In this document: positions 50,970 through 64,000 of the stretch, piece by piece | Numbering within the stretch: position 1 is the stretch's first letter | Layout of the letters: each line of letters begins with the position of its first letter | Assembly: GCA_964247055.1 (NCBI GenBank) | Contig: OZ176052.1 | Span: 3,038,001-3,102,000 of the forward strand | DNA length: 64,000 nt | Direction: 5' to 3' | Source: Paragordius varius | Lineage: Eukaryota; Animalia; Nematomorpha | Notes under the pieces: generated by a model | Databases searched by the model: none | Told to the model about the DNA's origin: nothing | What the model saw: the letters and a program-made list of their open reading frames with translations, nothing else | Translations under genes and position numbers: made by a program

Positions 50970-51830
50970 TATATTTTAAAAATACTGCCCATAGGCTTTT
51001 ACGCATTTTCCACATCTCTCAGGTAATTTTAATTTCATGCCAAAAAAATTAATTCTCTTTTGCACAACACCATTCGCAATGCCATTTTCCAACGTCTATA
51101 AATTATTTTAAATGTTGTTTTGCAGGCATTTGCCGCATTGATGCGAAGAGAAAATAGTCAAATGGCGCCAGGTCAGGAAAGTACGGCGGAGCAGAAGAGT
51201 TTCCCATTAAATTAATATTTAAATGTTTTACACTGGTTTTACTATGTTAGACGTGGCAATGTTATGTGGCAAAATTATTATGTCATGTCTTCTGGCCCAT
51301 TCGGTCGTTTTTCGATTAATGCATCGTATTTAATTATACCGTTGTTTATTAAGGGTTTCACTGGCTTAGAGCCATTTCTCATTCCTGTCACAATTTCTCT
51401 GGATTTATTTATTTTTGCGAAGTGGCATGATTTCAAAATTCATTTTGCCTTTTTCGATTTGACGTGCATTCGAATTGTGTGGGACGTATCTAGCTAGTTT
51501 ATAGGTTTTATTGCTTATAGACGTCTACTGATTTGTCATATTTCTGCCAGTTACCGTTAATTTGAGTTAGATATCATCCATTAACTCTTGCATATTAACG
51601 TCCTTTCTGCGTGGTCTACCAGATCGCCTTTTTCACATAAAATTACATCCAAATTTTGTAATATGTTTCAGATGTTTTAATCGATGTAGCACACAATATG
51701 TTACTACCAAACGATAACTTTCAACAGCTTTTTTGATGTAAGAAAAGCATGTGTGCTACAAATGTTTTTTTCCAAGCACAAAATTCGACATTCTGACTGA
51801 ATGATACAAATAAAACATTAATTTTTGGCG
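50970..51830 (-). pseudogene. Decayed mariner transposase
   Basis: Reverse strand reads WET..PPYFPDLAPFDYFLFASM (mariner YSPDLAPSD motif), a PERCGKCVKAYGQYF C-terminus and an RSGRP N-terminal motif, with many stops and frameshifts. Confidence 0.75.
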
Positions 51831-52447
51831 GAATCGACTTGTGTGTGTTTGTTGTTTAATGGTACATAAAAATTTGCGTTAATGTCAATGTGCACTTTTT
51901 GCTGAAAACTTATCTTTGACTACAACAGTAAATAAAGTATTGATACCACCCATACTGCTCTTTTTTTACTATCGCTGATAACCCACCCCTAAATACGCAT
52001 TCTATTTCTTAGAAATTGTTTTAAATATCTCTAATATAGCATACGATTTAAAAAATCTGCATATATATCGCGTTTAATTTCAGCTATATTAAATTTGTTT
52101 TACAAAACTAATAATCGTTCAAGTGAAGAAGGATTTACAAAATGGCAATAAGTTTGGTTCCCAGCTTTCAATAACAAAAATCAATTCTCTCTATAGCAAT
52201 ATATTTATGCTACGCTTTTTAAAATAAACATATAAATGGATTAATATTAAATGTATGAAAAAATGTAGATTTGTTGAACACTATTACTTAAATGGATTTG
52301 TACCTAAAGGATTGAAAGATGGATTAATAATTATAAAGCGCATTATAAAATTTCATGTTATATATGTTATATAATTTAATATAAAATTTTTGGTCCCAAA
52401 GCCTAATTGAAAAAAATTTTATATTTATTAAATACTTCATTCTACAC

Positions 52448-54966
52448 CAGGGGTGTCCAACGGTGTACTCGCGAGCCACTAGTGGCTCATTGAAAATTTT
52501 GAGTGGCTCTTTAAAAATTTTGAAAATAAAAATAATTTCCAATTTTTTTTGAAAAATTTTTATATGTAAATTATGCATTTTTATTTTGACATTTAAAATA
52601 TTTTTAGAAACTTTTAATAAAATTCTTTATTATAATCTATCATCGCATTTATTTAATCATTTATAAAACACATTATTTCCTGCATGTTTTCCAACTTCCA
52701 GATGATAAATTTCACATTAAATTAAAATATTAAATTACTTGCAAAAAATAGGTATTTAAAATAATTTATTTAGCTTTCATACCAATACTGTGAATTATAA
52801 TTTGGGTCCATTGAAACATTAAATTACTTGCAAAAAAATAGGTATTTAAAATAATTTATTTATCTTTTATATGCATAAATCTAAAAAAGTAACTAGAAAA
52901 TACTATCCCGATTGGGAATTAAATTATGGGTTTACTCAAATTTTTAACAAAGCGGAGTGCCTTATTTGCAAATTTACGACAAACGGGTTTCGCGAATATA
53001 TTAAAAAGACATGCCAATACCATGCATTTGGATTTTATTTATATGACTACAAAAATGAAAATAATAAAATTAGAATCTTTAAAAAATATTAATAATCTCC
53101 AACAACAATTTCATTCACGCAACCTTATGCGATAGTAAAGGCAAGTTGTATTGTTGCCAACAATTTACTCGCCAAAGAAGTGAAGCCTTATTCTGATGGT
53201 TAGTTGCGTACTGGAAATTGTAATTTTGCCTAGTAAAGTCGAATTAATATCCAGTATAAGTCTTTCGCCCAATCCTATGTGTCGACGAATTACAGACATC
53301 GCAGAAGAAATTCAACTTTCCCAAAAATAAAGAATTTAAAATTTTGTGGCGTTTTCCTTGTCATTTGATGAAAGCACAGATATAAGCAACATATCACAAT
53401 TGGTAGTCTTTATTCGAGGGATAGATGAATTTTTTAATATACCAGAAGATATGTTAGGCTTATTTCCGATGAAAAATACAACTAAGGAAGATTATATGTT
53501 TCATGCAATTTTAAAATGTATTGAGGACAATAAATTAAATATGAGGGCGCTATCTTGTTTGACAATAGATGGTGCCCCAGCTATGATGGGAAAAAACAAG
53601 GGAACCGTGGAATATTGTTAAATAAGATGGAATCCGATGATATAAATATTGACCATATATATATTGCATTGCATGATTCACCGTAAAAATCTCTGCGCAC
53701 ATGCTCTGACAATGGACAATGTTATGACCGTTGTTATTAAAGTAGTTAATTTTAGAAAATCTTATGCTTTGCAGCATAGGCAGTTTAAGGAGTTATTCAA
53801 AGAAATTCATTCAGAATATGGAGATCTTATATTTTTTCAAATGTAAGGTGGCTTAGTCGAGGGAAATGTCTAAAATGGTTTTATTATTTATTAAAAGAAA
53901 TAAATATTTTTCTATCGCAGAATAATTATTTGGTAGAGGAATTAACCAATGAAGATTGGTTGTCAGATATCTGCTTTTCCGTAGATATTACCGAAAACTA
54001 AATCTATTAAATGAATCCTTGCAAAATCAAGATAATTTAATTTTTGATGTGAATAACCATATTAAAGCGTTTTGTAAAAAATGACGTTATTTGAATGCCA
54101 TTTAAAAAAATAATGCTGAACATTTTCCAGAATTGAACTGATTCAAAGCTGGTAAAACTAACGATTTTTCAAAATATGCAGATCAATTTAACATACTATC
54201 AAAAGCATTTAATAATCGATACGGGGATATGACAAAATATGAAAAAATATTTGATTTATTTTGTTGTCCATTCTACGTTGAAGCTATCAACGCTCCTATT
54301 AATTTACAAATGGAATTACTAGATTTGCAATCCAATAATGAATTAAAATTATTATTTGGGCAAACAAATAAAATTGAATTTTATAAAAAATATATAACGT
54401 TTGATAAATTTCCTAATTTAAGAATTTTTGCACAAAGATTAATTTGTGCTTTTGGGTCCACTTATCTTTGTGAAAGTTTTTTTGCTGAAATGAAATACAC
54501 AAAATCTCTTTCACGTATTTTATTAACTGATGAAAACTTGGAGAATAGATTGAGATGTGCTGTATCAAATATTGATATAGACCTGAAAGTATTAAGCAAA
54601 AAAATTATTAAATATCCCATTAAAAATTTATTTATGCGATGAAAAATATTTATTACTTTTATTTTTATTAGATAAAAAAAGGTTAAATTTTGGCGATTCG
54701 CCACAGTCTACTCTAGTCATACTTTCAAATTGCTAGAGTTTACCATATCCATTTTATTTTTTTACAAATTGATATAATTTAATTAGCAAAGCATTTTTAT
54801 ATTTATACTGTTTATTCTTTTTTTATATGAAAATTAGCACATCTCTATGTTAATATAATAAATTTATTTGTTACCAATGTCTTGATATAAATAAATAAAA
54901 AGTGGCTCTTTGGAGTTTTGAGTTCGAAAAGGTGGCTCTTCAAGCCATTTGTGTTGGACACCCCTG
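52448..54966 (+). mobile_element. hAT (Charlie/SPIN/GTF2IRD2-like) DNA transposon, full length but inactive
   Basis: Perfect 14-bp TIRs caggggtgtccaac / gttggacacccctg; TSD ttctacac / atctacac; subterminal gtggctc repeats. Confidence 0.92.
52871..54642 (+). pseudogene. hAT transposase, frameshifted
   Basis: Fragments: AECLIC (BED-like), FSLSFDESTD, LTIDGAPAM, HCMIHRKNLCA, FGSTYLCESFF..MK. Split over several frames with stops. Confidence 0.9.
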
Positions 54967-55609
54967 ATCTACACAATGCACACAAAAATATAATATGATG
55001 AAGTTAATAAATTTTGATAGATAAATATATCAGGATTATGGTGCTTTTGGTTTTGGATTTTAATTACATAGTCCTAACTGCTTCATACCAGAAAATCGCA
55101 AATTAGTTGGGATTCTGTTTAATAAATGTTTGGTAGAAGCTAAATGCGTCAATCACTAAAATAACGATAAATTATATATAAAAAATATTTATAAACATTT
55201 TATATTTTTAAATGTGTCTTCAAAAGCTTACACATCTGAAATGGGCAAGTGTCAGCTCATGAATGCCGATATTACGTGATAAATGTTTTGAATATATGAC
55301 AAAATTTGATTTGACATCCAAATAAGGATTTAGGAAAATATGTATTTTTTGCTTACAAATTTAATTAGCACAATTTTGTGACGGCTTTAAGGTTTAAAGC
55401 ATGGAAAATTATATAACTTGGATTTGTTGGCGAACCAATCTTTAAATCGAAATTCTGTGATGATGAAAATATTCAGCATAACCGAATAATATGTAAATAT
55501 ATATTAAGTGTTATTATAATATCCAAAGTGTTTTGATACTGTGGTAACCATGCTTTAGAATACCATAAAATTCGCTTTATCAGATTTTGTTATAAATTAT
55601 ATTAAACAA

Positions 55610-57142
55610 ATCCTAAACCCGGTTCCAACCGTTCAGGAGCCAGCCCAGTTTCGCTTCCACCTCCAAAAGGTGTGTTCTCCTATGGCTTTATTTTTTTTTA
55701 AAAAAAAATTATTATATAAGTTGTTATTTATTATTGATTGTATAATAACATTAATTTCAGTTTTATCAAATTAAAATTACCACAATCAATTTAAAATTTT
55801 GTTGGTTAATATTATTTTTAAATTTCGCTAAAAAAAATTACCATGTTGATATACCATTTGCACTTTTAAGAGTGCCCTTAGCCGTTCAATTTGGTCCTTG
55901 GACATTTCAAGTTGGTTCTTGAACGCTTTAAGTATTGGTCCTAAACACTTTAAGTTGGTTCTTAAATATTTCAAATTGGTATTTAAAACTTCAAGGATCC
56001 TTTGACTCTTTTGTTTTGTTTTTAACTTTTATCAGTCAAATCATATATCATTCATCTATTTTATCGTTTTTAACCTATTCTTTCTTATTAATAATTTTAA
56101 ATCAATATCAACTTTTAATCATTAAGAAACATTATATCAATAATTTTTTAAAATTTTTTGGATATTTATAAGATAACACCTAATTAAAAAATATAAGTTT
56201 TCTGGGTTTTTATAACAATTTTTCATAGAAAACATTTAAAAGTTAATAATTTTGTTGAATTGGAAAAAAATTTGAAACTAAACAGTGGTTTTGGAATAAA
56301 AAATTTTATTTTAAATGAATAAATATATAATAAATAAAAATGATAAAATAAAAAAATACATGCAAAAATTATGGTTAAATCAAATTTAAAATTTTTAAGG
56401 ACCAACTTGAAGTGTTAAAGACAAACTTAAAGTGTTCAAGGACCAACTTGAATTGTTCAAGGACACTTTTGAAGTGAAAATGGTTTATTTTTTAAAATAT
56501 TACTTTTATACTAGAAAAATTGATTAAAGTTACCTTATTTAATAAATCTGGGAAAATATAAAAATATATGGCGTCTATAATCTATTACATGCCACACTAT
56601 AATCTCGGCCCACGTGCATAAGGCTATCAAATTTTATTTTGGCCAACCATCTTGCAGAAATATTAGGTTTTATCCTATAAGGTACAGTGCATATTGCAGC
56701 TCACAACATAAAAAGATGCCTTTTCACGCTAAACTTTATATTTTGAGCAGGGGTAGTCTGACGACTGAAATACTTGGATGCATATATAAATAAAAACTTT
56801 AAACTTAATGCCTACCTTTGTACTTATACATTTGGTTTTTTATGATAAATTATGTTTTAAACAACTGTTGTCATTTTGGTTTATATTATTATAATAAATA
56901 TAATTAATTGAAAGCATTTGAGGAAAAGTCAGGAACCAAAATGAAACCGGTTACTGTAATGTTAAATGTTTAAAACCAATCCGGTTCCTGTTCCACCTGC
57001 TTAGAAACCCCCAGTTTGGTTCCAAATTATTCAAAACAAGCCCGTTTTCATTTTTTATTTTAGAATCCAGACAGATTTCGGTTAAACCCGTCCAAGAACC
57101 ATCTCAGTTCAGTTTCACTTTTTCAACCGGTTCGAAGCCCTA
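55610..57142. mobile_element. Decayed TAGGG-type hAT-like element rich in aaccgg subterminal motifs (related clusters at ~46370-46470 and ~47170-47240)
   Basis: Right end aaccggttcgaagcccta; clustered aaccgg/ccggtt motifs. Left end not found. Confidence 0.35.
55852..56485. mobile_element. MITE of the taccattt family with inverted ~21-bp subterminal tandem units
   Basis: taccatttgcactttt / aagtgaaaatggttt ends; arrays of ttcaagttggttcttgaac-like units at ~55890-55990 are mirrored at ~56395-56465. Confidence 0.6.
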
Positions 57143-58351
57143 AATATATATTTTTCAGAAAAATCTTTTTTTGATGTCATTATTTAGCATGTATATTTAA
57201 GATAATGTGATCAGATAGGCTGTTTTTCGCAGTACAGTACTGGGTTTTCAGAAAAAAACTGCGCCTGTACTGCGCCCACTTTTGTACTGCTTTTCGAAAT
57301 TAAAAAAAAATAATTTTATATAAATATATAATTACCTTTTATTTATTCAAAAAAGTATTTTAGAATTTAATATAGTAGGCTCTGTAAAAATAACCACATA
57401 ATTTGTAAAGAAATGGTTCATTTTGCGGTAAGAAACTAAGATTGGCCTATTTAAAATTGGTTGATATTTTATTTTCCACTCTTATTATACATAAAATTGG
57501 ATTTTGGATCGGTCAAACCGCTTAGAAAGGCAGCAGTGGCGAAACTATAAATCTCGCTTAAGATTCAGGCAAAGGCTCTTTTACTCAGGGCTTACGCAAA
57601 AAGAGGTGCCTCAACATTTAGAGTTAACAAAATTAATTCAAGATATTTAAAAAAAATGTTTGAGCAGGTTTAGAAATTTCATTTTTTTGTTATAATTATC
57701 AAGCGAAAAATTATATAGAAAATTGTTATTCCCGTAACATATTATATAAAATTTATTATATATGGCATATGATAACGAAATAACCTTTTTTTCGTAATAA
57801 AAAATTATTACTTTTTACGTCGATACTCATTAGTGGAAGGTATGATATTTCTTAATAATATTTATTAGTTTTCTTATTTTTTGCATAAACAAATTTGAGA
57901 TATTTTGTTGAACGCAAACTATTTTGAAGCAGAATGGAAACGGTATAAAGCTTTATGATATAATAAAACCCTTTTTCTAAAGAGTTAAATGATGTTGAAC
58001 ATTACTATAGGTTAAGAATTTTAATTTAAAGGTTTGTTTGCTTGCAGATTTTGGTGAATTTTTGCTAAAAACACAATTTTTATTTAAAACGAGCGAAAAT
58101 TTAAATCAAAATTCTGAGCGAGAAAAATGTTTAGCATTATCGAATTATATATATAAATGGTATAGCATCTCAACCGTTTGTATCGTTTCCATCATAATCA
58201 AAAACGCTTCAACAAAATTTTGCTAAAAATTAAATTTTTAAAGTATGCATTTTTTAAAAAATATATTTAGTCGATATCAAAATTTAGCATATGTTTGAAA
58301 TATTGCAAATGTTAAAATTTTTGCGTTTTTTAAGAGAACAGTCCATTTTAA

Positions 58352-59659
58352 CACTTGGATACAACTAGGGTTGTGCATTTGACTGCTTTTTCAAAAAAGT
58401 CCGGTCAGACCCAGTCAGACCATGGTCATGACCGTGGTCATGACCACTTTTTACTTAACTAAGTATCACGCGATATTGGAAAATAATGTTCGAATTACAC
58501 TTGCGTTTCACTAATAATGTCAGGTTTTTTCTAAAAAGTTTGTATTATACATTTTGTTGATATTTATTTACAAATGTTTTTAATCATATTTAATCAATTA
58601 ATTTGTTTTAAAATAAACTTTGCCACATGTCTGTGGCCTTCTAAATCTTCAAATACATAGCTTTTAATACTGGATATTTTAAATAAAATTTTACCAGTTT
58701 GTTTTACTATTTCTTTCATCATTGAATTATCCAATTATAAAATAATTTTTATTTTATTGGTTCATATATACGGAATAATTGCATATTTTGCAAAGTGCTT
58801 GATCGTTTTGTTTTTCGAAATAACTGGATATGCCTAAATGATAATGTTATAACGATGCATGTTTAACAATATTATATTGTTACATAAGCATATTTAAATG
58901 TTTAAAATATTTTTTTTAAAAAAATTATATTAAACAATAAAATTTAAATATCTATCTTACAAAAAAATTTACTAGCAATTTTTCAAAAAACAGCTCTTTT
59001 TTTTAATGACCATCGTCAAAAAATAAATAGTCACTGACCTGGTCATGACTCGGTCAATTGACCGGGTCATGACTTTGTCAGCACAGCCCTAGATACAACA
59101 CATCCATTTTAGTCCGATTCAAATCGGGGTAGTTAGATCCAGTCCTGTTTAAAATTAAATATTTCAAAAAATATGGAAAGAATTGAAACCATTGCAAATA
59201 TTTGCACATTTATAACATTAATGAACTGAAATATATAAAAAATTTCATTCATAAATACTAGATGTTACTTATTTTTAAGTAAACCTCAAAGTAAAAATTT
59301 AGTCAACATGACATGTGTGCATTAGCTAAATTTAAAAATAATACAAAATAAACCAATTTTCCTGTTTCTATCGATGTAAGATGTAATTTAAATGAAAAAT
59401 TAGCTTTCATTTTAGCTTTAAAATCAAATAAACACGATATTTTACAAAAATGTTTCAAAATAAAAATGGCGTCGAAGTTGTTTGATATGGAACTTTTTTT
59501 ACAAAACCAAATTTTATTTAGATATTTAGGCTCATTTATATAATTTATATTAGGATAGAAGCATAAAATTAAATTGTGACCGTTTCTTTCAGTAGTTTTT
59601 AAAAATTTTAACTTAAATATAGCCTGGAATATTTAGATATCCCAATTTGAATCGAAGTG
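58352..59659. mobile_element. TTAA-flanked MITE inserted in a CACTGCG-family arm and itself interrupted by a hAT MITE
   Basis: ttaa|cacttggatacaac ... cgaagtg|ttaa. The host sequence (gtccatttta...gag(g/c)caaaaa) is contiguous in the uninterrupted copy near 19575. Confidence 0.75.
58366..59091. mobile_element. hAT MITE (TAGGG TIR)
   Basis: TIR tagggttgtgc / gcacagcccta; perfect 8-bp TSD gatacaac (58358-58365 and 59092-59099); ggtcatgac subterminal repeats. Confidence 0.88.
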
Positions 59660-60379
59660 TTAAAAGAGGCAAAAAAATGGGACTTTCAGAGCCCACATCT
59701 AAAAATTTAAAATTAAAATATTGTTTTGCTTTTTATATGTAATTTATGTTATATTTTTTAGTAATATCTTTTGAAATAAAGCATTAAGCTTTCACCAAAA
59801 AATATATTTGAAAAAATTGCGCACCTTTTGCAATTTTATACGGAGGACTTATCACAAAAGTGTAAATAACTTTCTTTGATAACTGGTAAAGGTTAAAACC
59901 AAACCATGGTAATCCTGATATTTTCTTATTAAAATATATATATTTCATTTGGATATTTTTTTGTGACTGTGTAATATACCACACAGATGTTGTAAAAACA
60001 GGAAAAATATGTTTTAATTTTGTACTGCGTCAAAGTTCAAAATATCTGGTCACATTAATTTAAGAACTCATATCAGCCAAACTCGGCCTTTTTACGTTTT
60101 ATTTAAGTTAACTCGCCAATTTTTAAACAAATTTTACTTCAACTCGAAAACTTTAAAATATTGTTTTGTTTAGTGATAGTTTATGGTATATTTTGTGATA
60201 TAATTGTATATAGGCATTTAGCTTTCGCCTAATTTTTTTTTGCAAAATATGTCCATATTTTATTATTTTTGTAATAAGGACAACTTGCCAGAAAAGTATT
60301 AACAACTTACTATTATTTATAATTACATTATATGATATCAGTCTTTACGGTCATATTCGTAAACTTCGCCATTGAACCC

Positions 60380-61060
60380 TGTCTATGTGGTTTTCGCGTT
60401 AAAAGGTTCAGTTTGACATGTCCCTCTTAACCGTATCTATCCATCGCGTTTTAGGGCATTATATTCCCATCTTACCTATCACGATAAATTCATTAATTTT
60501 TTATCAATGTAGTTAGCATCTCTTCTTTATAAATGTCTAAACCACCTAAGACGATTTAACATTAATCTTTTGTATCGGTCTAATTTCCGTATATCCTCTA
60601 ATCTATAAATTCCTCATCGTTACACCGCACATCAATCTAAGCGTTTTCATTTGACTTCAAAATGCCTTTTAACGGATTTCTTTAATGCCCTGTCTGTGAG
60701 TTGTACATAATTGTTGGCCGTACAACAGCACTATAAATCTCATCCTTGATTTTAGAACAATATTCAGTGAGATCTTTTTATAAGCCCAACTATTTCAAAT
60801 TCTCAATATTTTTACCATCGTTAAAGAACCGTATGCTGCTGAAATTGCTCCTAAATATTTCCTTCTGATCTTTTTAAACCCAACCCTGGTTTTTTCCCAC
60901 CAAAATTTATAAGTTCCGTTTTCTCTTTATTAACTTTTAAACTGCACCGTTTAACATCAATCCATTTTCTCACCGATTCTTTCCATGCAACTCGTCTGAC
61001 AGTTTTATTAGGTCATCCGCATAAAGCAAATACCACCCACAACATTGTATCAAAATTTCG
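60380..61060 (-). mobile_element. Decayed RTE-like LINE fragment (RT end plus C-terminal region)
   Basis: Reverse strand reads LLYADDL (~61011-61030), then KVNKEKTE-like, IYSAVVRPTIMY, LNRLRWFRHL and KTRWIDTVKRDM segments, with stops and frameshifts. Confidence 0.75.
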
Positions 61061-61678
61061 TCCATGCATTAGACAAAAACAGATTTTTTTGAATTTAATC
61101 GCATAAATAAGGGGGCAAGTCTAGCTTTTTTTGTGTCTTTAACGAGCAATTTCGAAAATTTAGAACCAAAGGCACCATAATAATCCCGATATTTTTGATG
61201 AGAAAATGTATCTATCATTAAAATATTTTGTGTGCATTGTATTATGATTGAAAATAATTCGTTTAATATTTTGAGATTTAATAATTATATAACAATTTTT
61301 TTTAAATATAATAGATATTATCTGAATTTTATACTTTAATTGCACAAACCAAAAAAAGATAGTTTTTCGGATATACACAAGATCCATAAAAATATTGTGA
61401 CGAAATAAATATGATAGGAAAAGTATCTGTATTGCACTGTGTGCAAAATTTTTTTTAACAAAATAATTTTTTTCATGTAATAGCTTATGATTAGCGAATT
61501 GCCGTAAAAATATTTATTTGTTTAGGACCTAGTTTTTAATTGAGAGAAGATGAAAATCGAGCAAAAAGTAAAAATTAAAAATAATTAAGGATAATTCAAA
61601 AAATAATGATAAAACTTGAGATAGTTTACTATTATTATAGGGGATATTTTCAATATAAAAATAGCCTAAAATCATATA

Positions 61679-62390
61679 GGGTTTGTATAAAATCTTAAAT
61701 TCAAAAGATGGCGTTTAACATATTTGTAAGACAAAAAATTTTTTATGAAACTATATTAAAATATTTTTTTAATATATTTACTATAAAAAACCTTAACATT
61801 TATATTTTATTCCGAACATATATATCAAAATAAAATTAAAAAATATTGTTTTTATTTTTTCATTTATGTCATCTGGTTTATGATGTTTACAAAATTCACT
61901 GTTTTTTTTGGAATCTTACATAAGAGGGGATAAAAGTATTTAAATTAATACAAAATAGAATTTATAAGTAGTGGAATATGTACCAAAAATCCATACATAT
62001 CCAAGTAAATATATTAATTTTAAATAAACTTGTTACAGGGATTTGTAAGGATTGCTGGTTGATATTCCACTACTTTAAACTATTTTGCATAAATTATATA
62101 GTTTATAATACCCACTCATGTAAGATTCCAAAATAACAGTATAATTTTTTTATACCGTCATAAACCAGATGACAAAAAAATGAAAAAATAGAAAACAATA
62201 TTTTTGGTTTTATTTTGATATAGAAATTTATTTTACTGAATAAAATATGAATGTTAAGATTTTAATAGTGAGTATAGCTACTAAATAATTAAAAAAATTA
62301 TTTTAATATAGTTTCATAAAAAAAATTTGTCTGATAAGTGTGCTAAAAGAAAAACACCATCTTTTGAACTGAGATATTATAGAAACCTTA
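61679..62390. mobile_element. ~700-bp palindromic MITE-like element
   Basis: ~300-bp inverted arms (ttcaaaagatggcgttt...gtcatctggtttatga...ggaatcttaca / tgtaagattcc...tcataaaccagatgac...aaacaccatcttttgaa). Confidence 0.65.
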
Positions 62391-62676
62391 ACTAACATCA
62401 CAAATTATATTGAGAAAAAGTGATTCAAATATATAAAGCGTCATTGTATTTATCATCAAAATAGTATGAAGTTCGTTTCAATAGAATCCATTTTTTCAGA
62501 TAAAACTTATTATGTCAAAACTTAGCTTATAAATTAAAATTTTTATCACTCAATCTCGGAATTTTTGCGTAAATGAGAAAAATTGCCCATTTTAAAAGAA
62601 AAAAACCTTGAGACTTTCTTCATAAAAACTAAAATTTCATGAAAATAATTTGCTTTTATATGTATTTTAAAATATA

Positions 62677-63916
62677 CACTGCGTGCGAAATCGGTATACC
62701 TGATAAAATATATATAGATAGGAAAATGTATCCGGATTATCATGGTGCTGATTATGGCCATTAGGAGTGATATAAGAAGATCGTATACACTTTTGTGATA
62801 GGTCCTCCATATCGGAAAATGGCAGAATTTGCGCATATTTTTTAAAAATCTTTTTTGGGATGAAAGCTAGCGGCTTCAGTCCAAGCCTAAAAATTATCAT
62901 AAAAATATTATAAACTACATATAAAAAGCAAAACAATGTTTTTAAAAAAATTAATTTTTATATGTAGGATCCGTAAATTTTTTAGTTCATTATTGAGCTT
63001 TTTCTTTTAAAAGTAAAAGCAAAATTCCGAGATAAAATTTTAAAATATAAATTATTTATCAACTCAAAATATTTTTTAAAAATTGCATTTTTTCAAAAAT
63101 TTAAATTTTAAAAAATTTTGTTGAAGCATACTTCATACTATTTTGAGGCATGATGAAAACGTTATAAAAACGCTTATAGATATTATAAAACATCTTTCTC
63201 TAGAATTCGATGATGTGAAACATTTCTATCAGCTCAGAGTTATAATAAAGCTCGGTTTCTAATTATGGTAAATTATTAAAAAATCCAGCTTATATTTACA
63301 TACATTTAAAGACAAACGAATGTTGTAATCAAGAGGGGATAGAAATGTCCAGCATCATTTAAATAAAGTGTTTTATATTGTCTTAGATTTCTCAAAAAAG
63401 TATAAAGTACTTTTCAACATAATTTTGCCAAATCGGAGCGTTTTTTACCGTTTCCATCATGCCTCAGAAAAGTAAGAAGTACGCTTTAACAAAACTTTGG
63501 CAAAAATTGAATTTTTATAAAAAAGTATGCATTTTTTAAAAAGTTTTATTTTGTTATCAAAATTTAGTATATAATAAAATCATCCCGCATCAAAATTTTT
63601 GAGTTTATTTTAAGAGAAATAGCCCATTTTAGGAGCGCAAAAAATTTCGAACTTTTGGAGCTCACATCTAAAATTAAAAATTTTTGTATTGTCATGTTTT
63701 TTTAATGTATTATAATATATTTTAGTGATATTTTTTAAATCCTCTAGTTTAAAAAAAAATTATTTAAAAAAATTGCGCAAATTTCGCCATTTTTTGATGT
63801 GGAGCACTTTCCATAAAAATCGTTCTTTAATTCATAAGGGCCAATACCAAAAGTACAATAATAATATATATATTTATCGGGTTATTTAATTATACCCCTC
63901 AATATTAAACGCAGTG
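62677..63916. mobile_element. 1240-bp non-autonomous element with ~500-bp diverged TIRs (TA|CACTGCG...CGCAGTG|TA)
   Basis: Terminal heptamer inverted with TA flanks; internal arms mirror each other (aaaatggcagaatttgcgca / tgcgcaaatttcgccatttt; catgatgaaaacg / cgtttccatcatg). Confidence 0.7.
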
Positions 63917-64000
63917 TATATGGAGCAGTTACTGTGAGTGTAACTTTCTTATATCACTGGGGTCAACAAAAGCACCATGGTGATCATAATACTTTATTAC

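Noticed and set aside
55890-56465. ~21-bp tandem units resembling a CRISPR array
   Set aside because: There are no unique spacers, the units are mirrored at both ends of a MITE, there are no cas genes, and the context is eukaryotic.
1-64000. Taxonomic assignment (for example to a specific parasitic invertebrate lineage)
   Set aside because: The SMOC layout, GPCR type and micro-introns suggest a derived invertebrate, but nothing here identifies the lineage without a database search.
1-64000. rRNA, tRNA or other structured ncRNA genes
   Set aside because: None recognised by eye; tRNAscan-SE and Infernal were not run, so small RNAs could be missed.

Overview
Very AT-rich, transposon-dense animal (invertebrate-like) genomic window. 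Most short ORFs in the track are exon fragments or mirror ORFs inside palindromic transposons. Four genes could be assembled by hand. (1) An unrecognised minus-strand gene spanning at least 424-16889, built from 15 in-frame, phase-2/phase-2 GT-AG exons (plus 2 that are one base short). Many of these exons carry a repeated acidic 'DE.N' block followed by an F-[GS]-[KR]-[MIV]-H-K motif. This is the most novel feature and is invisible as a gene in the ORF track. (2) A SMOC/Pentagone-like gene (TY-EC-TY-EC, 30616-35192, +). (3) A divergent kinesin-II (KIF3A-like) gene (37341-~44898, +) whose first three introns appear to be only 22, 23 and 24 nt. (4) An intronless class A peptide GPCR (48680-49876, -). 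The remainder holds a 3.1-kb foldback element with ~1.47-kb arms, a dead 2.5-kb hAT transposon and its MITEs, a mariner remnant, two RTE-type LINE fragments, several palindromic MITE families (including a three-level nested insertion), an intragenic inverted duplication bounded by (TA)n tracts, and a diverged tandem array. No rRNA, tRNA or CRISPR was recognised. All gene models come from manual translation and splice-site reading, not database searches or RNA data.
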